A stretch of DNA of 64,000 bases. Origin: Chloroflexota bacterium. Its GTDB lineage: Bacteria > Chloroflexota > Limnocylindria > Limnocylindrales > CSP1-4. The stretch is taken from the NCBI GenBank assembly GCA_003141245.1, contig PLLE01000034.1, positions 877-64,876 of the forward strand, given 5' to 3'. This document shows positions 54,016 through 62,280 of this stretch, piece after piece (position 1 is the first letter of the stretch; every line of letters starts with the position of its first letter). The position numbers and the translations under genes were made by a program. The notes under the pieces are model-generated. The model did not search any database and had not been told where the DNA came from. It saw only the letters and a list, made by a program, of their open reading frames with translations.

Positions 54016-54879
54016 TCAGGCCCGTCCGCGACGAGCCGAACCAAGGACGAAGAACCGGCTGGTCGTTTCCACGCGAGCCTCGACGAAGCCCGTCCTCGCC
54101 AGGGCGGCCAACAGCTCGTCCGGCTCGTAGTAGACCTTGCGGACTTGGAAGCTCGAGCCATCGGCGAGGCGGCGAACCTGCACGTCGGCCTCGGGCGGGC
54201 GGTGGTCTGAGGCGCCCGATTCGGGGTCCTGACGTGAGTCGACGAACGCGAACAGGCCGCCGGGCGCCAGCCAGCGAGCGACCAGTGCGAAGAACTCCTC
54301 GAGGCGATCACGACCCACATGGCTGAGCCAGAAGCCCGTGAAGAGGCCGTCGACCCGGCGGTCGGGCTCCGTCCATGCATCGCGCACCGCGAACTCGGCG
54401 TGTCGGCCAGCCTGAGCCAACCGGGCCCGGGCATGCTCCAGCGGCTCCGGAGCGGCGTCATAAAGCGACAGCGAGCCCTTGGCCGCCAGGGCGGCCGACC
54501 ACCACCCGGTCCCCGCCGCCAGCTCGACTATCTGGCCGCGGCACGGCAGCCGGTCCAGCCAGGCGGCGGTGGCCTCGAGGTCGGCTCGCCAGACCCCATC
54601 GTTGACCGGACCGTGCGAGTAACGGCCCCTTCGCAAGTACCAGTCGTCGTACTCGCCGGCTCGGGCGGCGTAGTAGCGGACCATCTCGGCATCGAGGTCG
54701 CGGATCGGTCGTTCGTCGCGGTCGTCCAGATCGCCGAGCTTGTCGGGCTCGCGGAGCGGTCGTTCGTCGCGGTCGTCCAGATCGCCGAGCTTGTCGGGCT
54801 CGCGCATCGGTCGTTCGTCGCGGTCGTCCAGATCGCCGAGCTTGTCGGGCTCGCGGAGCGGTCGTTCGTCGGCCCCCAT
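54016..54879 (-). CDS. class I SAM-dependent methyltransferase with N-terminal acidic 17-aa tandem repeats
   Basis: Motif I IVELAAGTGWWS and post-I ..LYDAAP. The N-terminus is (ERP[LM]REPDKLGDLDDRD) x3. Start ATG 54879; the longer track ORF (to 55896) overlaps the next gene out of frame. Confidence 0.8.
   Translation of the reverse strand: MGADERPLREPDKLGDLDDRDERPMREPDKLGDLDDRDERPLREPDKLGDLDDRDERPIRDLDAEMVRYYAARAGEYDDWYLRRGRYSHGPVNDGVWRADLEATAAWLDRLPCRGQIVELAAGTGWWSAALAAKGSLSLYDAAPEPLEHARARLAQAGRHAEFAVRDAWTEPDRRVDGLFTGFWLSHVGRDRLEEFFALVARWLAPGGLFAFVDSRQDPESGASDHRPPEADVQVRRLADGSSFQVRKVYYEPDELLAALARTGFVEARVETTSRFFVLGSARRGRA
54706..54870. repeat. 3.2 x 51-nt in-frame tandem repeat
   Basis: Units begin at 54706, 54757 and 54808, with a partial unit at 54859. 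They are nearly identical (CGGTCGTTCGTCGCGGTCGTCCAGATCGCCGAGCTTGTCGGGCTCGCG..). Confidence 0.9.
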
Positions 54880-54899
54880 CGCGACCTCCCTATTCGAAC

Positions 54900-55856
54900 C
54901 TATTCGAACAACGGCGTCCAACTGCCTGGGGGCGACGTCTCGATGAAGCCGCCCGAGTCGAAGATCTCGGCCAGCATGCCCACGCCGTCCACGATCCGCG
55001 GGCCGGGCCGCTCGAAGTAGACCGGCTCGACGATGAAGACGCGGCCTCGGCGCACGGCCTCGATCTCGTGCCAGAACTCTGGCAGCTGCATGCGGGAGAA
55101 GGCCCGCTTGGCCGCCGGGAGATGCATTCCCGACGGCGCGATCAGGAGCATCTCCGGATCCACGTCGCGGATCGCCTCCCAGCTCGTGGGCGCGGCCGCC
55201 TCGCCCTCGTTGCCCAGCAGTTCCCAGCCGCCGGCGCGACGTACCTGCTCCGGGACCCAGCGGCCGCTGGCGAAGGGCGGCTCCAGCGACTGCAGAACTA
55301 CGACTCGCGGGGCGCGGATCCCCTCGTCGTGGCGGACAACGACGTGCTGCTCCAGATCGCCCAGCTCCTCTCGCAACGCCTCGAGCAGCTCGATCGCGTC
55401 GTCTTCGGCCTCGGCCATCGCCCCGATCGTGCTGATGGAGTGGAAGACCCCCTCCACGCTGACGGCATTCAGCGAGACGATGACCGGCTCGCCGGACGAC
55501 TCCCTCAACGCCTCGCGGACCTGGCGGCTGCCGAGCCCGGAACCGGCGGCGAGATCGCGGACGATGACGAGATCCGGCTGGGCTGCTCGGAGCGCCTCGA
55601 CGTCCAGCTCCGCCGCGCCCAGCTCGTGGTCGAGGAGGGGCCGGGCGACGGAGACGGCAACGGAGACGGCAACGGAGACGGCAACAGAGCCGCCCGCCGC
55701 GAGCGGCGCGCCGTCGGCGCGCGGCCGCGTCACGACCGCCACTCCCTCGATCTCCGGCGGGTAGTCGCAGCGGTGGCTGACGCCGACGAGCTGGTCGCCG
55801 AGGCCCAGCGCGCAGATGATCTCGGTCGCGGACGGAAGGAGGGAGACGATACGCAT
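54900..55856 (-). CDS. BtuF/FhuD-like (class III periplasmic-binding-fold) cobalamin/siderophore-binding protein without obvious signal peptide
   Basis: MRIVSLLPSATEIICALGLGDQLVGVSHRCDYP.. and ..PDLVIV.. are typical of Peripla_BP_2. Contains an (AVSV)n insert encoded by a 12-nt repeat at ~55647-55686. Confidence 0.7.
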   Translation of the reverse strand: MRIVSLLPSATEIICALGLGDQLVGVSHRCDYPPEIEGVAVVTRPRADGAPLAAGGSVAVSVAVSVAVSVARPLLDHELGAAELDVEALRAAQPDLVIVRDLAAGSGLGSRQVREALRESSGEPVIVSLNAVSVEGVFHSISTIGAMAEAEDDAIELLEALREELGDLEQHVVVRHDEGIRAPRVVVLQSLEPPFASGRWVPEQVRRAGGWELLGNEGEAAAPTSWEAIRDVDPEMLLIAPSGMHLPAAKRAFSRMQLPEFWHEIEAVRRGRVFIVEPVYFERPGPRIVDGVGMLAEIFDSGGFIETSPPGSWTPLFE

Positions 55857-55974
55857 CGGTAGAGTCTAGCCGCGGGCCGTCGCAGGGCCACGACACCCAG
55901 GGGTGGGCTCGCTCCCCCGCCCCGAATCGAAAGCGCCCGGCCTGGGCCGGGCGCTCGATCGGTTGCGACGAGGT

Positions 55975-56262
<288 letters not shown>

Positions 56263-56431
56263 CGGGTCTCTCCTGGGTGGTTCGGTTCTCGATCGTCAGC
56301 TTAGGAGGCGAACTCGGCACTCCACAACGTCGCGGTGGAGCGTACCACGCAATCCACGGGCAGAGAGGCCGACTTGCGAACGCGGGCGATCTCGAGCAAG
56401 AACGCCGCTCGCGATCGGTCCCCGCGTCGAC

Positions 56432-56599
56432 CTACATGTGCGGCTCGTAGGCGGGATCGAGGTACTTGTCCGGATCTTCCTCAAAGTCGAGCTTGCAGCC
56501 CCGGCCGCAGAAGTAGTAGGTCTCGCCATCGTGTTCGGTCTTCAGGTCGGTGTCGGTGTCGACCGTCATCCCGCATACCGGGTCCTTCGCATTCGCCAT
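56432..56599 (-). CDS. YHS/TRASH-domain small metal-binding protein (55 aa; below the ORF-track cut-off)
   Basis: My translation is MANAKDPVCGMTVDTDTDLKTEHDGETYYFCGRGCKLDFEEDPDKYLDPAYEPHM. A GAAGGAG RBS lies upstream of ATG 56599. DPVCGM..YYFC..C is the YHS pattern. Confidence 0.7.
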   Translation of the reverse strand: MANAKDPVCGMTVDTDTDLKTEHDGETYYFCGRGCKLDFEEDPDKYLDPAYEPHM

Positions 56600-56777
56600 C
56601 GGGCTCCTTCGACCGATCGAACGGTCCTCTTCGAGTCTCCGGTCGCGGCCGGACCGGACTCACGGTTCGAGTGTAGACCCCTCCGGCAGATGGGCCCGGC
56701 AGACGGTCGGGGCACCTGCCGCGAACCGTGCGACGAAGCGACCACGACTCCTCAGCCAGCAGCGTAGGATGCGCGCC

Positions 56778-57110
56778 ATGAACCCGCAGCTGGTCGAAAA
56801 CGCACGCCGAACGCTCGAGGCCGAGCGGGCCCGGATCCGGCTCGAACTCTCCGAGGAGGTCGAACACCCCCGGGTCGCCCACGGCGCCCAGACCGCGGCG
56901 GCAACCGAAGTCTCCGAAAGCCAGCGCGGCCAGCAGCTGCGCGAGCGCGAGGAGCAGCATCTCGGCCTGATCGAGGGCGCGCTGCGACGGATCGAGACCG
57001 GCAACTTCGGGCTGTGCCAGACGTGCGGCAAGCCGATCGCGCCCGAGCGCCTGGAGGCCCTGCCGTGGGCCAATGACTGCGTCGCCTGCCACTCCAAGAG
57101 GCGTCGCTGA
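56778..57110 (+). CDS. DksA/TraR-family C4 zinc-finger protein
   Basis: Coiled-coil N-terminus and C-terminal ..ALRRIETGNFGLCQTCGKPIAPERLEALPWANDCVACH. Confidence 0.8.
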   Translation: MNPQLVENARRTLEAERARIRLELSEEVEHPRVAHGAQTAAATEVSESQRGQQLREREEQHLGLIEGALRRIETGNFGLCQTCGKPIAPERLEALPWANDCVACHSKRRR

Positions 57111-57113
57111 GGG

Positions 57114-58211
57114 TCAAGCTGCCCTGGGGCCTGCCAAGCTACCGGCGGCCCGCAGGACCTCGAGCGCCAGGAGGCTGACCAGCGGATTGCTCCGACGCAT
57201 CCCGGCCGGACCCCAATCCGCGAAGCTGCCGCGACTGACGACCTCGTCGGCGGTGCGGGCGTTGCGATCCTCGACGGGAAAGCCCTCATCCGCAAGTCGC
57301 TTCGACTCGAGCAAAGTCAGCGCGTCGGCACACCTCGGGTCGTCGATCCGGCCAAGCTCGACTATGACCTGCAGGGCAAACAGGACGTCGTAGAACTGGA
57401 TCGGGAAGTGGATCTGGTCGACGTGGCCTCCCCATCCCGGTCGCAGCAGGGATCCGTCGCGCTGCCGCCACAGCAGACGGCGCGACAGCATTCGTTCGGC
57501 CGCCCGATCTGCGGCTCGGATCGCCGGCTCGTAGCCATGCCGCCGGCCAAACGCCCACAGCCCCCGGGTCGGGATGGCCGTCTCGATAAAGGACGAAGAC
57601 TTCGCGTCCGGCCGTCTGTCGCAGTTCCAGCCGCCGTCGGGCCACTGCCAGGCAACGAGACGATCGACCAGCTCGATCGTCCGCTCGTTCTCGAGCCCAA
57701 GCAGGAGCGAATACCAGATGGCATTGCCCTCCTGGGAGGCGCAGCGCCTGACGCGGTCTTCCTGGCCCCGGTAGACCGTCGTTCGAGGACAACTCAAGTG
57801 ATGCTTGGAGAAGAGCCAGTCGTCGATCCGACACATGAGAGGCCGCAGCGATTCGTCGCCGGGCGGGTAACCGATGAGGGCCAGGCAGGTCAGCGTCCAG
57901 TGGGGCCCCTGCCACTTGCGATAGGCGTGGGCAAGGATCTCCCGGCTCACGTCGCGCCCACGAAGGAGCGCCACGGCCATCGGCGACTCCGGGATACGGG
58001 CGCGCAGCGCGTCGAGACGAGCGATGTCTCCGGACGCTTCCGCATCGAGCAAGCTCGCCCGGTACGCCACGACTGGATCGTCGGAGGCAGCCAGCCTGGC
58101 AACGAGGGCCGCCGAAGCCGAGGGGGCCGACACCGCAGCGCCGAGCCGCCGATGTGTGGCCGTCCTGACACTAGCGACCATGCTTGTCGTCCTCAACGAC
58201 CGCCAGAACAA
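57114..58211 (-). CDS. hypothetical protein, possibly prenyltransferase/terpene-cyclase-like alpha/alpha toroid
   Basis: 365 aa, helical repeats with ..WQWPDGGWNCD.. and ..RQRDGSLL..GW.. reminiscent of QW/prenyltransferase repeats. Weak assignment. Confidence 0.45.
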   Translation of the reverse strand: MFWRSLRTTSMVASVRTATHRRLGAAVSAPSASAALVARLAASDDPVVAYRASLLDAEASGDIARLDALRARIPESPMAVALLRGRDVSREILAHAYRKWQGPHWTLTCLALIGYPPGDESLRPLMCRIDDWLFSKHHLSCPRTTVYRGQEDRVRRCASQEGNAIWYSLLLGLENERTIELVDRLVAWQWPDGGWNCDRRPDAKSSSFIETAIPTRGLWAFGRRHGYEPAIRAADRAAERMLSRRLLWRQRDGSLLRPGWGGHVDQIHFPIQFYDVLFALQVIVELGRIDDPRCADALTLLESKRLADEGFPVEDRNARTADEVVSRGSFADWGPAGMRRSNPLVSLLALEVLRAAGSLAGPRAA

Positions 58212-58345
58212 CGAGGATCAGTGGCCAGCGAGCCGAGCCCGACGAGTAGCACCATGAGCCACTCCTTGGGACCCTTGCCAGGCGACCTGTAACTCCCGCT
58301 CGTTCCCATCGCAACCTTCCCCTGGCAACGCGCGACGGCCGGGTG

Positions 58346-58627
58346 CTATTTCCGTGCGCTCAAGTGGGCGGCTGCCTCGCGCTCTAGTACGGCCAGACGT
58401 GTGTAGTAGTCCGGGAACTCATTCAGGTGGGCGAGCGCGATCTTCCCGGTCAGGTTCCAATCGTCCCCGGTGACATTCGTCTTGGGGTTTCGGAGCCCAT
58501 GCTCGAGCTCGACATCAAGCCCCATCCGGAACTGTTCAAGGTCGCAGTGCAGCGCCTTGAAGTCGATCGCGAGTTCAGTCGCGACGGCGAGCGCCTCTTC
58601 GCGCGTGAACGATTTCTTGACGGTCAT
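58346..58627 (-). CDS. DUF5661-like small protein
   Basis: ..FRMGLDVELEHG..TNVTGDD....KIALAHLNEFPDYYTRL.. matches the ELEHG/AHL..PDYY pattern of DUF5661 as I recall it. Confidence 0.55.
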   Translation of the reverse strand: MTVKKSFTREEALAVATELAIDFKALHCDLEQFRMGLDVELEHGLRNPKTNVTGDDWNLTGKIALAHLNEFPDYYTRLAVLEREAAAHLSARK

Positions 58628-58845
58628 CTCAGTTGGTCCTCTGCGGTCTCATCCGATTCACGCGGCGCCTTGCAGGTCCGCCGTGAACCCTTTGGCGTTG
58701 AGTCTGGGCGGGAGGCAGGCTCTGGCCCTCTCTCCTGGCCCTGAATGGTCCCCGAGAGACCCGTTCTGAGCGTGGATCGTGCTCCGTTGGGACTCGCGGG
58801 GAGTAGCCGGGATGGCTGGTTTCTCCCCTCATGTTACCTGACGCG

Positions 58846-59124
58846 TTACCTGGAAGTCCCGCTGATGGCCGCCGCCAAACGATCAGCCGCGTCCTCTTGG
58901 AGGCCCGGCAGAACGTGGCTGTATAGGTCCAACGTGATCGAGATCGAAACATTGCCGCCGGCATCACCCGCCACGTCGTAGAAACCGGACTCGACGGCTA
59001 TGTTGATCGAGCTCGTTTCGACGGCCTTGCCATCGCGCCAGCGAACGCGCACCAGATTGCCGACCGCGAAACGCTGCAAGTAGAAGTTCGGCACCTGGTG
59101 ATGGCGCTTCGGTGCTCCAGCCAC
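58846..59124 (-). pseudogene. chimeric remnant: DUF4238-like N-terminus fused to the extreme C-terminus of a tyrosine integrase
   Basis: The N-terminal ..KRHHQVPNFYLQRFA..ESGFYDV.. is the DUF4238 signature. The last ~30 aa, ..ITLDLYSHVLPGLQEDAADRLAAAI.., are the catalytic-Tyr tail of phage-type integrases (Y-x-H). Confidence 0.5.
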
Positions 59125-59238
59125 TAGGCCCCTCGTGGCGCGACTGGCCTCGAAGTCGGGCCAACGGTGCTCGTTGAGACAACAGCCGACGGGACGAATG
59201 TTACCGGGCTGTTACCAGAGACTCCGCCAGACAAACCG

Positions 59239-59262
59239 AAACCCGGTCCTTCGACCGGGTTT
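59239..59262 (-). terminator. hairpin downstream of tRNA-fMet
   Basis: AAACCCGGTC-CTTC-GACCGGGTTT is a perfect 10-bp stem 14 nt past the tRNA 3' end. On the minus strand it is followed by CGGTTTGTCT. Confidence 0.4.
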
Positions 59263-59275
59263 CATGTTCAGAGCT

Positions 59276-59350
59276 TGGTTGCGGGGGACGGATTCGAACC
59301 GCCGACCTTCGGGTTATGAGCCCGACGAGCTGCCGCTGCTCCACCCCGCG
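59276..59350 (-). tRNA. initiator tRNA-fMet (anticodon CAU), CCA encoded
   Basis: The reverse complement CGCGGGGTGGAGCAGCGGCAGCTCGTCGGGCTCATAACCCGAAGGTCGGCGGTTCGAATCCGTCCCCCGCAACCA is near-identical to my recollection of E. coli tRNA-fMet. It has the C1-A72 mismatch and three G-C pairs closing the anticodon stem. Confidence 0.92.
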
Positions 59351-59359
59351 CCGGGAACT

Positions 59360-60259
59360 CTAGCGGTGGACCCCTGGCGCGTCAAACAGGAGTGGCCGCG
59401 GGGAGGCCGGCGCGGCCAGCGACAAGAGGCCGGCGCGGTAGGCCAGGGCATCGCGCCAGGCCTGAAGGGCCGCGGGCCACCAGAGATCCATCGGCCTGTC
59501 CGTGCCGTACCACGGAGCACCGGCGCTCGGACCGTGGACGGTGTTGTCCAGGACGATCTGGCGCGCGCCGGAGAGCGTGGTCGAGACGACCGGGACCTGG
59601 CCGTCGCCCTCGGTTCCGGGGACGGCCGCGCGGCCCATTACGGAGCGGTAGAGGAGGTACGCGACGCGCTCCCGGCCCGTGCCGGCGGGATCGCCTCGAA
59701 CGGCCCGCGACGCCACCGTCACGTACCCGATCTTCGGGGAGTGAAAGGCGCCCGGGGCCGCCTCCTCCGCCATCGCCGAGACCATCATGTTGAGGTGCTT
59801 GCCGATCCCCTCGCCCTGGGACATGAGGTGCGGCGTGCCCAGGGTCGCGATCGCCCCGATCCGTTGCGCCGCCCCGAATCTCTTCCCCGGCAGTGGCTCG
59901 GCCGCGGTGAGCAGCCGCGCGATCAACCCGCCGGCCGAGTGGCCGACGACCAGCACCGGCGCCCCGTCCGAAACCTGCGCCGCCAGGCGGCCCGCCTCGA
60001 GCAGAGCCTTGCCCGAGCGCGTCGCGATCGCCCCGGGACCGCGCGCCGAGCAGATCAGCCAGTCCGGGGTCCAGACGCTGGCGACAACGACGCCGGCGGC
60101 GCCATGGGCCCGGAGCCTCTCGACGAACCGCTCGTACATCGGAGGCGCGGTCAGGAAGCCACCCAGGACAAGGACGGTGGGCCGAATCGTGTCGGGGTGG
60201 TCGCGCCAGCCGCCCGTTCGGCCGGGGGGATCGATCGAAAGCGGTTCGTCGGTGGTCAT
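59360..60259 (-). CDS. alpha/beta hydrolase (lipase/esterase-like)
   Basis: ..PTVLVLGGF.. and nucleophile elbow VVGHSAGG. Start at ATG 60259 (MTTDEPLSID..); the upstream part of track ORF 59360..60919 is Arg/Pro-rich non-coding-looking sequence. Confidence 0.7.
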   Translation of the reverse strand: MTTDEPLSIDPPGRTGGWRDHPDTIRPTVLVLGGFLTAPPMYERFVERLRAHGAAGVVVASVWTPDWLICSARGPGAIATRSGKALLEAGRLAAQVSDGAPVLVVGHSAGGLIARLLTAAEPLPGKRFGAAQRIGAIATLGTPHLMSQGEGIGKHLNMMVSAMAEEAAPGAFHSPKIGYVTVASRAVRGDPAGTGRERVAYLLYRSVMGRAAVPGTEGDGQVPVVSTTLSGARQIVLDNTVHGPSAGAPWYGTDRPMDLWWPAALQAWRDALAYRAGLLSLAAPASPRPLLFDAPGVHR

Positions 60260-60381
60260 CGGCTCGCTCTGCCCTCTGTGCGCTAATCCTACCCGGCGCC
60301 AAGAGAAGCGCCCGCGCCGACCACAGGCGGCGAATTCGGTCGGGGGCGACCACCGCGCGGCCCGGTACGGCCGGGTGCGCC

Positions 60382-62043
60382 ATGATGTGGCGACCAATGA
60401 CGTTGGAGGCCAGGGCAATGACACTCGGCGACGGCGCTCAGCTATCGGAGCGGTCGGGGACGCCCCCCGAGGATGGGGAGGCAGCCGCGCAAATCCCGGG
60501 CTCCAGCCCGGAAGGTTCGACTTCCGAGCAGCCGGCATTGCCGCCGGTCCAGCAGGGTTGGCCGCCGGTCGGGCAGGGTTGGCCGCCGGTCGGGCAGGGT
60601 TGGCTTCAGGCCCAGCAGGGTTGGCCGCCAGCGCCGCCGTCCGGTTGGCAGCCTGGTCAGCCGCCGGCGCCGCCGGTGTGGCCTCCGGCTCCGCAGGGCT
60701 GGCCGCCCGCGCCACCGGTCGGGCAGGGCTGGCCTCCGGCTCCGCAGAGCTGGCCGCCGGCGCCGACCGGCCCGGGGTTTGGCGGCGACGGCTCCTACGT
60801 GAGCCCCGACTCTTTGCCGCGCCGTCGTCCAAGCCGACTGCCGCAGATCCTCGCCGTCGTTGCAGCCGTCCTGCTCGCCTTTTCGGGCGGAATGATCGTC
60901 GACCACCTGACCGTCGCATCCCAACAGCAACAGCAGGCGCTCCAGAACTTCGACGTCTACCTGCAAGCGCTCCAGGACATTCGCAACAACTACGTCGGAC
61001 GCGGCTCGCTCACCGACCAGCAGCTCCTGTACGGTTCGATTCAGGGCCTGGTCGATAGCCTTGGTGACACCAATCACTCCAGATTCATGACCGCCGACCA
61101 GTATCGGCAGCTCCAGAGCCAGCTGAGCGGCAAAGTCGCCGGCATCGGCATCCTGGTCACCCAGACGAACGGCACGCTGACAGTCGAACGCGTGATCGGC
61201 GGTTCGCCTGCGGAGGGTGCCGGCGTCAAGGCCGGCGACCAGATCATCGCCGTGAACGGCACATCTACCGCCGGGATGGACTTCACTCAGCTGGCGGCCC
61301 TGATCCGGGGTGACGTCGGGACCAAGGTCACGATCACCGTGATCCACGCCGGCTCCACCACCGGCGTCGACCTCTCGATGGTCCGCCAGAACGTTTCCGC
61401 GCCGCTCGTCGATTGGGGCATCGTCCCCGGGACACAAGTGGCCGACATCGCGCTTTTCGAGTTCTCCGACGGAGCCAGCGACCAGGTCCAGGCGGCCATC
61501 GACGCCGCCAAGCTCCAGGGCGCGACGGCCATCGTGCTCGACCTGAGGGCCAACCCGGGCGGCCTGGCCGACGAAGCCCGCGGCGTCGCCAGCGAGTTCC
61601 TCCCCGGCGGCGTCATCTACATCGACGAGGGCGCGTCCGGCCAGCGGACCGAGGTGACGGTCGACACGTCGCGACGGAACACGACATTGCCGATGGTTGT
61701 GCTCGTCGATGCAGGCACGGCCAGCGCCGCCGAGATAGTGGCAGGAGCCATGCAGGACTCCCATCGCGCCAAGGTCGTCGGGCTCACGACGTTCGGGACC
61801 GGAACGGTCCTACAGCCCTTCGTCCTGTCCGACGGATCGGTCGTCCTGCTGGGCACCTCGGACTGGCTGACCCCGTCTGGGCACCGGATCTTCGGCGTCG
61901 GCATAACCCCTGACGAGACCGTCGCCATGCCGTCCGGCGCCGCGCCGATCGATCCCGTCGACCTCAAGGCAATGACGCCCACGCAACTCCAGTCCTCCGG
62001 GGATGCCGAACTGCTCGCCGCCTTGAAGGACCTGGGCCAGTAG
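60382..62043 (+). CDS. S41-family C-terminal processing peptidase with PDZ domain and Trp/Pro-rich N-terminal repeats
   Basis: PDZ domain (..VERVIGGSPAEGAGVKAGDQIIAVNG..). Catalytic region ..LDLRANPGGL.. and ..VLVDAGTASAAEI.. (Ser/Lys dyad context). N-terminal (Q)GWPP(V/A)(G/P) repeats and one TM segment. Confidence 0.85.
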   Translation: MMWRPMTLEARAMTLGDGAQLSERSGTPPEDGEAAAQIPGSSPEGSTSEQPALPPVQQGWPPVGQGWPPVGQGWLQAQQGWPPAPPSGWQPGQPPAPPVWPPAPQGWPPAPPVGQGWPPAPQSWPPAPTGPGFGGDGSYVSPDSLPRRRPSRLPQILAVVAAVLLAFSGGMIVDHLTVASQQQQQALQNFDVYLQALQDIRNNYVGRGSLTDQQLLYGSIQGLVDSLGDTNHSRFMTADQYRQLQSQLSGKVAGIGILVTQTNGTLTVERVIGGSPAEGAGVKAGDQIIAVNGTSTAGMDFTQLAALIRGDVGTKVTITVIHAGSTTGVDLSMVRQNVSAPLVDWGIVPGTQVADIALFEFSDGASDQVQAAIDAAKLQGATAIVLDLRANPGGLADEARGVASEFLPGGVIYIDEGASGQRTEVTVDTSRRNTTLPMVVLVDAGTASAAEIVAGAMQDSHRAKVVGLTTFGTGTVLQPFVLSDGSVVLLGTSDWLTPSGHRIFGVGITPDETVAMPSGAAPIDPVDLKAMTPTQLQSSGDAELLAALKDLGQ

Positions 62044-62141
62044 GCCACCTGTTGGACCGTGGCCGCCGGCACCCGTCGTGCGGCAACGGGCGGGTACGGG
62101 CTACTATCGCCACAGCGCCGCTTACGTCGGGCGCTTTCCGA

Positions 62142-62216
62142 GGGCCGTTAGCTCAGTGGTAGAGCCGCCGACTTTTAATCGGCTGGTCGTGGGTCCGAAT
62201 CCCACACGGCCCTCCA
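62142..62216 (+). tRNA. tRNA-Lys (anticodon UUU), CCA encoded
   Basis: Hand-folded cloverleaf: acceptor GGGCCGU/ACGGCCC, anticodon stem GCCGA/UCGGC with loop CUUUUAA, T-arm GUGGG-UCCGAAU-CCCAC. Confidence 0.88.
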
Positions 62217-62280
62217 ACCCCCTGAATCATCCGTGGGCCGGGCCGCGCCCGATGCCGTCCGCCAGGTGGGTGTAGCCCGA

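Noticed and set aside
54016-55896. 626-aa ORF (methyltransferase with a long N-terminal extension)
   Set aside because: The N-terminal ~340 aa are Arg/Gly/Ala-rich and overlap, out of frame, the clearly real BtuF-like gene (54900..55856). ATG 54879 gives a conventional methyltransferase.
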